Part shown: piece by piece, positions 45,165 to 55,200 of the stretch | Numbering within the stretch: the first letter of the stretch is position 1 | How the letters are laid out: every line of letters begins with the position of its first letter | Sequence record: LC680885.1 | From: Staphylococcus phage S6 | DNA: 64,000 nt | Direction: 5' to 3' (one strand) | The notes under the pieces: model-generated | The model's input: the letters and a program-made list of their open reading frames with translations, nothing else | Told to the model about the DNA's origin: nothing | The model's database searches: none | Program-made: the position numbers and the translations under genes

Positions 45165-48161
45165 TTAGTTTCTTCCATAAATATAAGAGTTTAGGAACCA
45201 AGCATTTCCTTTTTGACCTGGTTTAACACGAGCTCGTATAGCTACTGAAGCTATAGATTGTTGTGGTATTCCTAAATCAACAATAATCTCTTTAAATTTA
45301 GTTTTAGTAACACTAGTAGAAGTGTCTTTAGGTATTGATACAGTTTTATCAAAAATTACACCATTCTGTTCGTTAAAAGAGTCTACTTTAATATCTATAC
45401 CACATTGTGGAGTAGCATACCATATACCAATGTGTAACCATCTAGTTTCATGTTGACCGTATAATGTCATAGCACGTCTAAAGTAGCTACCTGTAGTCTT
45501 ATCACTAAACATAAATGCATTACCGACATTTTTAAATCTAGGAGTACCATTAGACATTAAATCTTGCACACCAGGTTCTGAACGTACATAAGCTGTAGTG
45601 AATCGTGGCATACCATTGTATACTAAATAACCACCATCAGGGCGTTTGATAGTGATACCGCCTTTAACTTCTCCCATAGCGTCTAACATAGTTTGAACAA
45701 CTATATTTTTAGACATTAAATTAGTAATAGCAGCTTCTTTAATAGTAGCTCTACCATTAGAAATTATTACATCACCATCATTAATATCAACCATCTTAGA
45801 TTTTAATTTAATACTATTAGGATCAATATCAAAAGAAGACAATTTATCATTAGAAGAAGATGACATAGTAATACCATCAGCTAATAAAGATAATGCAGAA
45901 CCCATTTTTTCTATTTTAGTTTTATCAGCATTGTAAGTTTCTTTAGTAACACTTAAAGCGATATTATTTTCTGTTTGACTAATTCTACTTTCCATATTAG
46001 TAATTCTAGCATTACTATCTTTAATAGATGGTTGCCAAGCAGTAGATTTATTACCTTCTTCAACTTTTAATCCTTCAATATCAACAGACATTGGGAAAGT
46101 TCCATTTTTATTAATAATCATATTAATTAATGTGTCAACTGTAAATGAATCATTAGGAATAAATACTACTTCTATTAATGTTAAAGCAGAAGTATCATCA
46201 AACGTAATATTACGTGAATCTTGACCTTTAGCAACACCATTAACAAAAGTATTAGTTATAGTTGAATTAGGTATACTAATATCAACATTAGTTAATGTAC
46301 CAGTTTTCTTTTCTAAGTTAAAGCTTAATATGTGTTCACGTCTATTTCTAACTTTATCTAATTTAAATTTAATACCTTGACCGTTAGCAGTTAAAGCTGC
46401 ATTAAGTTCTCCGTATTCTAAATAATTAGTTTTAGTTAAAGTTACAGAACCAATTGGTGTAATATTAGCAATGCTAATTAAGTTCATACCGCCAACTGTA
46501 ATTTTACCGGCTTCTGTAACAGCATAACCATTAGAAATACTGTCAATAGCTTTTTGAATAGCATCTTTAATATTCGATTGAGCTTCATTATATCTCAAGT
46601 AGTTAGTATTAAATTGAGCTATTTCTTCTTGAGTAGCTACACCGTCACTAATAGTATTAGTGATATCTTGTATTAGTATATTATATTTCTCATTAAATAA
46701 ATCATATTTATTTTTTAAATCTGTTTTTACTGAATTAGCCATCATTTTATTAGGATAAAGTGTATTAAAGATTTTATCTATTTCAGCTTTATCTTTATCA
46801 ATAACATTTTTCTGTTTATCAATAGCAATTCTTTCAGCATTAGATATAATACCATCTTTGAAAGCTTCAGTAACTGTATCACCTAAACCTACAGCATTCT
46901 TTTCGATATTAGTTATTTTACCATTAATGGTTTTATTATAGTTTTCTAACATATTATCATAATCTTCAGGTGCAGATGTCCAGTCAGAAGACACACTACC
47001 TCGTTCAACTTTAACTCTAGCAATATCAAATGTACCACTTAATCCATTAAGATCAGTGTCTACTCCAAGAAGTAATTTAGTATTATTTCTTCCAGTTAGT
47101 GTTTGTTTATATACGAATGAATATCTATGCCATTCTTCATCAATATCTAAATACTTTTCAGCGATTGGTGTAGAATAATTACCAGAAGGATCAATGAAGT
47201 AACAATAATCAAGTCTATTAAATGTATCTGATCTAAAATCAAATGAAATAGTATAAGTCTCATTGTATTCTAGTTTAAAACCATTATAACTTTGAGCACC
47301 TACTTGACCTTCAATACCTTCAGTATTAATTGTAAAATAACTTTTACCGTCACTATCTTGTCCAAAAGTTAAAGCATTTGGGTTTGATGAATTTAAAGCA
47401 TCCGGTTTTAACAACCAATTACCTGAAACAGCTAAAGAATTTTCTAATAAGTTTTTACCACCAATAACAATACCGTCAATTTCAGATTTAGAAACTGTTT
47501 GTTCTATTAAGTCTGCAAATTGAGATATCTGACTTTCAAATTCAGTTACTTTATTATTAACCGTATCTATATCAGCTCTAGTAACTGTATCTTGTAGAAC
47601 TCTAGCTGTTTGTTCTCTAAATGATTCTAATTTAGTAATACTATCATTAATTTCATTAAGAGTATAATCAGTAGCTATACTCTTAATGGACTCTGCAGTT
47701 TGTTCTACTTTAGTACTTAAATATTGTATAGATGATTCATATTTATTAACTTTAGACATTGCTATTGATAGGGACTCTTCATTAGATGAAACTCTTCCAT
47801 TTAAAGAATCTAGATTACCTTTAATATCAGAATCCCATCCACCTTCAGCAACGCTATCAATATAGTCAATACTTAGTTTTTGGTATTTTCTTAATTCAGT
47901 TTTTAATGTATCAAGTGTAACATAGTTAGATAAATCTAAATCAATATCGTGACTACCATCTAAATTTCTTAATTTTTCTATTAAATTATCATTTTCTTTA
48001 TCTAAAGAATCAATACTTGTATTTAAGACATTAATTCTATTTTTATTATCTTCTGACAGATTTTTAATGCTATCTTGTTCTTGTAATAAAGAATTGAATT
48101 TCGATTTAATAGAATTTATTTCTTCATTTATTTGAAGAAGATTTTTTTCTTTATCTTCCAT
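45165..48161 (-). CDS. tail fibre / receptor-binding protein (coiled-coil N-terminus plus beta-rich modules)
   Basis: 998 aa. N-terminal 230 aa rich in heptad-like segments. Contains IGGKNLLENS...VKVERGSVSSDWTSAPEDY and LKVEEGNKSTAWQPS modules, shared with the 2662-aa giant. Confidence 0.55.
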   Translation of the reverse strand: MEDKEKNLLQINEEINSIKSKFNSLLQEQDSIKNLSEDNKNRINVLNTSIDSLDKENDNLIEKLRNLDGSHDIDLDLSNYVTLDTLKTELRKYQKLSIDYIDSVAEGGWDSDIKGNLDSLNGRVSSNEESLSIAMSKVNKYESSIQYLSTKVEQTAESIKSIATDYTLNEINDSITKLESFREQTARVLQDTVTRADIDTVNNKVTEFESQISQFADLIEQTVSKSEIDGIVIGGKNLLENSLAVSGNWLLKPDALNSSNPNALTFGQDSDGKSYFTINTEGIEGQVGAQSYNGFKLEYNETYTISFDFRSDTFNRLDYCYFIDPSGNYSTPIAEKYLDIDEEWHRYSFVYKQTLTGRNNTKLLLGVDTDLNGLSGTFDIARVKVERGSVSSDWTSAPEDYDNMLENYNKTINGKITNIEKNAVGLGDTVTEAFKDGIISNAERIAIDKQKNVIDKDKAEIDKIFNTLYPNKMMANSVKTDLKNKYDLFNEKYNILIQDITNTISDGVATQEEIAQFNTNYLRYNEAQSNIKDAIQKAIDSISNGYAVTEAGKITVGGMNLISIANITPIGSVTLTKTNYLEYGELNAALTANGQGIKFKLDKVRNRREHILSFNLEKKTGTLTNVDISIPNSTITNTFVNGVAKGQDSRNITFDDTSALTLIEVVFIPNDSFTVDTLINMIINKNGTFPMSVDIEGLKVEEGNKSTAWQPSIKDSNARITNMESRISQTENNIALSVTKETYNADKTKIEKMGSALSLLADGITMSSSSNDKLSSFDIDPNSIKLKSKMVDINDGDVIISNGRATIKEAAITNLMSKNIVVQTMLDAMGEVKGGITIKRPDGGYLVYNGMPRFTTAYVRSEPGVQDLMSNGTPRFKNVGNAFMFSDKTTGSYFRRAMTLYGQHETRWLHIGIWYATPQCGIDIKVDSFNEQNGVIFDKTVSIPKDTSTSVTKTKFKEIIVDLGIPQQSIASVAIRARVKPGQKGNAWFLNSYIYGRN

Positions 48162-48223
48162 TATTAAATTTCACCAAACTTTCATTTTTATTTAAATAAT
48201 AAGTTGATGTTTTATGATTTTAA

Positions 48224-48730
48224 TTAAACGAATAATGAAAGATTGATTGCATTTGTATAAGGATCTGATAATTTATATACATAAATATTAGTAATCATTA
48301 AATCTTTCATTTCAATTTCATTATTTTTCATCAATTCATCTAACTCTGTATCTTCTTTAATAGAATCAAAAATAGCTGGGCCGATATACTTTAATACTTC
48401 TTTGTCTAATTTGTCAGCTACATCTTCTTCATATTCTCTTAAGTAAGCTTCATACTCATCATTATTTCCCTGAAAACTTTGTTTATTTTTAGCATGCAAA
48501 TCTTCATCATCTAATTTAATAACAAATGTTGGTTTTTTAACATCAATATGTTTTTCTGCCGCTTCAGATCTAAATTTAAAGTTTTCAGATTTATTAATAG
48601 TATCACGAATAATATCAACTGTATTCTCTAAATCGATATAGTTCATAATGTTATTTCTAATTCTCATTATTAACTGCAAATCTCTAATATCTTTTTCTTC
48701 ATTAACTAATACATCTTTATTATTTCTCAT
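48224..48730 (-). CDS. hypothetical protein
   Basis: 168-aa ORF. Confidence 0.45.
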   Translation of the reverse strand: MRNNKDVLVNEEKDIRDLQLIMRIRNNIMNYIDLENTVDIIRDTINKSENFKFRSEAAEKHIDVKKPTFVIKLDDEDLHAKNKQSFQGNNDEYEAYLREYEEDVADKLDKEVLKYIGPAIFDSIKEDTELDELMKNNEIEMKDLMITNIYVYKLSDPYTNAINLSLFV

Positions 48731-48732
48731 TT

Positions 48733-49359
48733 TTATTTATTCTCCATTCTTTTCTCTTTTATTTTTTCTATTAATGTTTTATACTTGTCTAATAATACTT
48801 TATCCATTCTACCTTTAGATTCTTCTAGATCATCTTTTACATATTTAATATGTATGAATGTTTTATCTTTAAAATCACTAGAATACTTCTTAAGAGAAGT
48901 TACTTTAAATATCTGAGCATCATCTTTCCAAAACATTTCATTCATAACATCAAATGTAGTTTTTTGGAAATTATCAACATCAGGAGTATTTGTTCTCTTA
49001 ATTAAACCTAAAAGTTTAAATAATATAAGTTTTATTGAATCAGTATTATTACAAGGATTTCTTTCTGTAATTAATTCAAATTCAATAGGTTTTTCAAAAT
49101 TATTTTTAATGATATCTTTTATAAAATCTTCTTTTAATTCTTCTTTCATTCTTTTCTTTAGTTCTTTTTTATATGTGTGTAAAGGATCATAAGTTCTCAT
49201 TCCGCTTTTTCTATGTCTAAGATATTGATAAACTTCATGATCATCTATAGAAATAATAATTTCATTATCATTTACACTTTTATATTCAATATTACAATTT
49301 TTAACTTCTTCAATTTTATCTAATATCTTTTTAGGTACTTCTTTTTTCTTTTTAGGCAT
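48733..49359 (-). CDS. hypothetical basic protein
   Basis: 208-aa Lys-rich ORF. Confidence 0.45.
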   Translation of the reverse strand: MPKKKKEVPKKILDKIEEVKNCNIEYKSVNDNEIIISIDDHEVYQYLRHRKSGMRTYDPLHTYKKELKKRMKEELKEDFIKDIIKNNFEKPIEFELITERNPCNNTDSIKLILFKLLGLIKRTNTPDVDNFQKTTFDVMNEMFWKDDAQIFKVTSLKKYSSDFKDKTFIHIKYVKDDLEESKGRMDKVLLDKYKTLIEKIKEKRMENK

Positions 49360-49418
49360 TTTTCATTCAATTCCTTTAGCAAAGTGTATATTTATAATAA
49401 TAACGTTATATGTATATT

Positions 49419-49469
49419 AAAATTTTTTATAAAATAAACGGTAACATTCAATTTAATGAATGTTACCGT
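49419..49469 (-). terminator. minus-strand terminator after the holin-like gene
   Basis: Stem ACGGTAACATTCA / TGAATGTTACCGT. On the minus strand it is followed by TTATTTTATAAAAAATTTT. Confidence 0.5.
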
Positions 49470-49477
49470 AAAATATA

Positions 49478-50017
49478 TTAATTTGATTGATCTCCAGCAG
49501 ATCCTCCACCTAAGATTTCAGGATTGTAATTAGCATCAGCTCTAACATCTGATTCTATTAATTCTTCATCATCTTCAGTAGAAACTTGTTGTTCTAAACC
49601 TTCACTCTCAGGGATTTCTGGATCCTTTGACAAGTTTGTAGTTTCTTGGTTGCTCTCTTGCTCCAAAAAAGGTTTCACTGGAGGAAGAACCGTACCGTCA
49701 TAGTCCATTGCTTGAAGAGATTTTTCATTATTTGTAGTAGGTCTACTTTTAGCTAAGTTACGTTCAGAGTCAGCTATTCCTTCAGTAGTACTATCTACAA
49801 AACGACCAACTAAACTAGATATAACCCCTGCTAAAACTTGAACAATACTTAAAACATTAGTTTCAGTGTCACCAGAAACTTCTCCGCCAAAAGCACGAAT
49901 TAAGAAAATAACTACGTTGACTAATTGAACTAATAGGGCTGCTGTCCATGCTTTATTTTTAAATCTAACTAATACGTTAATCTGTTTATCTTTACCAATT
50001 TTTAAATTTTTTCCCAA
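49478..50017 (-). CDS. holin-like membrane protein (SPP1/phage_holin_1-like N-terminus) with long acidic C-terminal extension
   Basis: N-terminus KQINVLVRFKNKAWTAALLVQLVNVVIFLIRAFGG resembles SPP1-family holins (D.GT.IRT..L.LAL.NQ.L...G). Roughly 100 extra acidic C-terminal residues. Confidence 0.35.
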   Translation of the reverse strand: MGKNLKIGKDKQINVLVRFKNKAWTAALLVQLVNVVIFLIRAFGGEVSGDTETNVLSIVQVLAGVISSLVGRFVDSTTEGIADSERNLAKSRPTTNNEKSLQAMDYDGTVLPPVKPFLEQESNQETTNLSKDPEIPESEGLEQQVSTEDDEELIESDVRADANYNPEILGGGSAGDQSN

Positions 50018-50056
50018 TTTAATATTTCTCCTTTTTATTAAAATAAATATTTAAAA

Positions 50057-50614
50057 CTATCCTCCAAATATTCTTCTAAGTATATCTAAGATTACTGAAG
50101 GAGCTAATATCAAAGACACTATATTGACAAATAAATTTCTTTTAAAAGTTTTATTTTCTTTTTCATCATTAGAACCGTCTTCAATCTTCTTAAACTCAAT
50201 TTCAAAGTCTTCTATATTAAGTTTACTATCTAAACCCAATCTTAAATCTTGTATATCACTAGTTATTTTTCTTTCAACTTGTTCAACATTTTGATTTAAT
50301 TCTTGTTTAACAGATTGTATTTGTGATTCTAATTCATAATGTCTTCTTTTTCTTTCTTCTTCTTCAATTTTTCTATTTTCTCTATCTTCTTTCATTTCTT
50401 TTCTAATTTCTTCAGTATTTTTACCCATGCTTTCAAGTAATACTTCTACACGTACTAAAGTGTTACTTGTTTTTTGACTCTCGGATTTAACTTCATCTAT
50501 TTTCTTATCAAACTTCTCTTCAATTTCTTCTTTAAGTGAATTATTTGACTTTAGTAATTCTAATTCAGTTATAGATTTACTATTTTCATACAATCTTCTT
50601 TTATCTTCTTCCAT
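50057..50614 (-). CDS. coiled-coil protein with C-terminal TM anchor
   Basis: Charged heptad-rich sequence ending in the hydrophobic NLFVNIVSLILAPSVILDIL. Confidence 0.45.
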   Translation of the reverse strand: MEEDKRRLYENSKSITELELLKSNNSLKEEIEEKFDKKIDEVKSESQKTSNTLVRVEVLLESMGKNTEEIRKEMKEDRENRKIEEEERKRRHYELESQIQSVKQELNQNVEQVERKITSDIQDLRLGLDSKLNIEDFEIEFKKIEDGSNDEKENKTFKRNLFVNIVSLILAPSVILDILRRIFGG

Positions 50615-51095
50615 TTATAATAGATTCCATTCTCATTTCAAGAATTGTAAATACTGCAAAGAAGAGATTTAGGAAAGAGATGATGATTTTTAATATTATA
50701 GTAGATTGCATACCAGCACTATCTAAAGATAGAATAGCGTATATTAAAAATAGAGCGAAGTTAATAAATGCACCTATAGTCATTAAAGGTTTTGTCATGA
50801 AATTATCCAAGAATAGGGAAGCGGCTAAAGCCAATCCTCCAATAATTAAAAATACTCCATATGTTTTTAAATCCATAAAATGAGAAATAGCCACATAAAT
50901 ATCTGATGTTCTATAAGCTTCTCTTGTTCTAAAAACAAATTGAAAACCATAAATTAAAGAATAAACAGCTAAGAAAATAGGAGTTATATAATATTTAAAT
51001 TGCTTAAGAAAATAATATAATTTGATGACTAAACTATTTGCTTCTTCAACACTTAGATTATCTTCTCTATCATTATTTTTATTATCGTCCGTCAT
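50601..51095 (-). CDS. membrane protein (4 TM)
   Basis: Four hydrophobic helices. Overlaps the downstream gene by 14 nt. Confidence 0.45.
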   Translation of the reverse strand: MTDDNKNNDREDNLSVEEANSLVIKLYYFLKQFKYYITPIFLAVYSLIYGFQFVFRTREAYRTSDIYVAISHFMDLKTYGVFLIIGGLALAASLFLDNFMTKPLMTIGAFINFALFLIYAILSLDSAGMQSTIILKIIISFLNLFFAVFTILEMRMESIINGRR

Positions 51096-51368
51096 AGTTA
51101 TTTTTCACATCCTATTCTTTTATTATAAATCTTTATTATAAACCTTTGTTCCTTTAATAGTCTTGATGAGTCCTATAAATTTTCGAGCAAAATAAAGTCC
51201 CTAACACTCAAATAAGAATGTTAGGGACTGTTTGAAGACTTTGCCAAAATTAAAAGAAAAAAGAATAAAGATAGACAAGAACAAAGAAATTGTATGAAAG
51301 ATATTTATGTAAATAACTTTCATATAAATATGTTCTATTTTTCTTTATTCAATTGATGCTGATAAGAA

Positions 51369-51785
51369 TTACTGGTTAGGTAAAGATCCACCTTGAGCTG
51401 TTGAAGGGTTTTCAGGATCTTCTTCTTGAGGATCTACTTCTGTAGCTCGACCAACGCCTTGAACTTCAGAATCTTCAACTGAATCTTCAACCATATGTTC
51501 TTCATCAATAGGATCGATTTCTTCAACTAATTCTTCACTACTATTGTGGGTTCCGCTTGTATACCATGTTTGAGATCCTCTAAAATCATTAGCTGGATCA
51601 TATGATGGATCCGTCACCCAATCACCATTATTAGAATTTTCTTCATTGAAAGCAATTTCATTTAAAATTTCTTCAACTAATGCTTTTAACCCATTGCCTT
51701 CAGAAACTTCTTCTAATTCCAATACTCCTTTAGCAACTAAGGTTGCATGAAAAGTTACAATAAAAGATTTTTTACTAAATTCCAT
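51369..51785 (-). CDS. hypothetical acidic protein
   Basis: 138-aa ORF. Confidence 0.4.
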   Translation of the reverse strand: MEFSKKSFIVTFHATLVAKGVLELEEVSEGNGLKALVEEILNEIAFNEENSNNGDWVTDPSYDPANDFRGSQTWYTSGTHNSSEELVEEIDPIDEEHMVEDSVEDSEVQGVGRATEVDPQEEDPENPSTAQGGSLPNQ

Positions 51786-51800
51786 AATATAAAATTCCTC

Positions 51801-52169
51801 CTATTTTCTATTAGCCATTAAAGCAGCTAATCTCTCTTGAAGCTCACGAATTTCTTTTTCTTCAGGAGTTTCTTCTGGTTCTTCTTTCTTATTAAAAGTT
51901 TCACCTGGTTTTTCAGCTAATCTAGGAGTAGCATTTTCATATTCTATTTTTAATTTTTCCATCTGTTCACGAATATTATGGTCTACAATAAATATTACAG
52001 ATTCTTTAGTTGAATCATTCATATTTCCTATAGAATAACCATAGAAATATCCTTCTTCATCTATATCTTGCATATTTATGATTAGCCAGAATCGACCATC
52101 AATTCTTTTTCCTCTTTCATCATACATATTTTTATGTGTTTCTACAAATGCCAATAAGAAAACCTCCAC
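51801..52169 (-). CDS. hypothetical protein
   Basis: 122-aa ORF. Confidence 0.4.
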   Translation of the reverse strand: MEVFLLAFVETHKNMYDERGKRIDGRFWLIINMQDIDEEGYFYGYSIGNMNDSTKESVIFIVDHNIREQMEKLKIEYENATPRLAEKPGETFNKKEEPEETPEEKEIRELQERLAALMANRK

Positions 52170-52215
52170 TATATTATTTTAATTTATAAATAATAGTTTA
52201 AAATAATATAGTTAG

Positions 52216-55200
52216 TTATCTCACATCACTTTCAAAATTACTTAATGACATACGCACTATAGATATTTGACCTAATTGTGCACTTCCTGTAGAACCTGTT
52301 ATAGAAAGCTGTATCAGTAAATATTTATTAAAATTATCAGGAACTCCTAAATCTATAGTTGCTATTCTTGTTGAAGTATCAACTTTAGAACTTCCTGTTA
52401 CCCCTATTTCTTTATGCATTTTTATATCACTATTTGTTTTCCAACCCATACCATCACTAAATGTAATATAAAGATTATTGCCTTCAGTTACTGTTGCCCT
52501 GTAAACAAATTTTAGATATCTTCTATTATGATGATAACTAAATACATTTAGTGTCGCTTTGTCTTTACCTGATGATTCATCTAATTGTGCATTATCGTAA
52601 CCATATTTATAAATATCTCTATAAATATTATATGTTCCAGCTCTAGTATCGTCTAATACTATAGGTCTAAAGTTTTTTTCATTGGTAGCATGAGCAGATC
52701 CACTAACCCAGTTCCAAGTTCTAACTCCAGGCATAGTAGGCATAAAGTTAGTTTCAGATAAGAACATACCTTCAACCATTTGGTCAACACCGTTTTTTCT
52801 TATATTTAATCCAGTTGAATTTATTTCCACAAAATTATCAGTATCTAGAGCACTTTTTGATATTCTCAATACATCATTTGTAAATGAAAGATTGCCTTTA
52901 TTATTATATATTTTAACTTTATCCGTATTTAGATCTATACTACTAGATATCATTTTAATTGATTCCGAGTTCATAGTTATCTTACTTGATAAAGAACTAG
53001 TGCTATATTTATCTAATGCCGAAGGTGTCCATGGTTTTAATTGATTACCTTTTTCTAATTTTGGAAGAGCGTAATAAAATACAGTTCCATCATTATAAGC
53101 ATCAGTTTTATCATAGTTGTTATAACGTAATAGAAATCTTAGATAATTGGTTCTTCCATTACTAGAGTTTCTAGGTATTTTAGCTGTAAAACTATATCTA
53201 ACCCATTTATCAAATATAAATTCACTAGCAGGTATCTCAACTACACCAAATTTAGGATTGGTAGTTTGTTGTATATTCTCATAAGTTGCCACCTCAAAAT
53301 ATATCTTATAAGTAAGGAATTTTCTAGCTGTTGCAGGAATGTATATATAAACAGAGCCTGTTACTTCATCTCCAATACTAAATTGACCTTCTTGACCTAC
53401 AGGTAAATAGCTTGACATTACTGCAGGCCATGTTGTTCCAAAGTTATTATGTTTATATTTGAAGACATCTTTTACTTTATTAATATCAAAACTAGTATCG
53501 TCATTAGAATCTTTCGACTCAATTACAGTTATATTTTCAAAAGAGGCAGTTATATCAGCATTATCTGTAGTTCCTGCTTTTGCAGCATAAAATAACAACT
53601 GATTAATTTTATCCTCATTAGGAGTAGTAATTTCTATTACGTTTCTTTTAGTTGTGCTAACAGGATAATCTATTCTATTAACTGAACTAATTTCAGGTAA
53701 TGTATCCAAATCAGTTGAATACCCTGAACCTTTATAAGGATATCTATATGGGTACAATGAAATTAAACCTTCACTATTTTTCCCAGATTGTATATTATAA
53801 TCAAATGCTACTTTATATTTAGTATTCTTTTTTAGATATCCATTTAATGGAAGAGTCATTCTTTTATAAGTTCCTCTGGATACATTGTTTACACGATAAA
53901 CTGAACCTAAAGCTAGATTGTTATCGGTATTAAAAGTCATATCATCTTCAGAAGCTATTGAAAATCTAGGATTTTTAGGATAATTTCCTTCATCCAGTCT
54001 TATATTTTTAAAGTAAAACTTACCATCTGAATATGGTGAAACGGAGGCTATTATTAATCTTAATTGAGTCATTCCGCTTAAATCTGAGCTAGTTAGATTG
54101 AACGTAGTTTGGAAAGTACTCCAATCATCATTGATATCATTTTCAGCAGATATTGTATAACTTAAAGGATTGATTGAACTTGATGATTTGTTCACACGTA
54201 AACTTACAGTAATAGACCCTTTAGTAGTTTCTAAAGATTTTCTAACATCAAAACTAAAAGTATAAGTACCTGGCTTAATTTTAGATAATTTTAAACTTCC
54301 ATCTGCATCTTTATAATCAATATTAGATGTTTGCCATTGTTTCCATCCTTCATTAGAATTTGAAATTATAGAAAGATAATCTCTATAATTTGTAGTTGTA
54401 TCTGTTGGATTTGATTCAGTTGATCCACTAAATGTGTATGTCCAGTAAGGTGAGTCAATCTTATCCGCAAAGTTTAAATTGTTTGATGTATCATCATCAT
54501 TAGTTTTCCAACCTTCCCATCCATTTCTAAGATCAGAGTTAATAAGTGCGTTATCTGCATTAAGATAATTATTTATTTTATTAACAGATAACTCAATAGA
54601 ATCTGCCTTTTGATCTATTTTAGAAGAAACAGTCGATATTGAAGTCTCAATATCTTCGGGAGCTGGTGTCCAATCAGTAGATTTATTACCTTTTTCAAGT
54701 TTAATCCATTCTATAGTTGATAGATAATTTCCATCTTTAGGCATATCGTATATTGTTAATAACTTACTTAAATTTCTTGAAGATTGTTTGGCAACCCCAG
54801 TACCTATCCATAAACCCTTTTTAGAATCATATGTTAAATTACATAAGTTTGTATAACCGTCATCAATATAAGCACTGAAATAGTGGTCTTTATTATTTGT
54901 ATTACCTTTTATTGTAACTGTATAAGTCTCATCCACTATCCAATCTAATGACAAATTATATGGTTTCCCATATAATGTATGATTTACATATTTATTATTT
55001 TTACTATCTAAAACTAAATTTCTTCCACCAATTCGAATATCATTAATTTGAGAGTTTACATCTTCGGGAGCTGGAGACCAGTCAGTTGCTTTATTACCCT
55101 TTTCAATTTTAATATTTTCAATAGAGAATTTATCTCCATTGTTATTGTTATAAGCATATATAGCCCATCTAGTGTTAGTTCCAGAAGTCTTAGTTATTTT

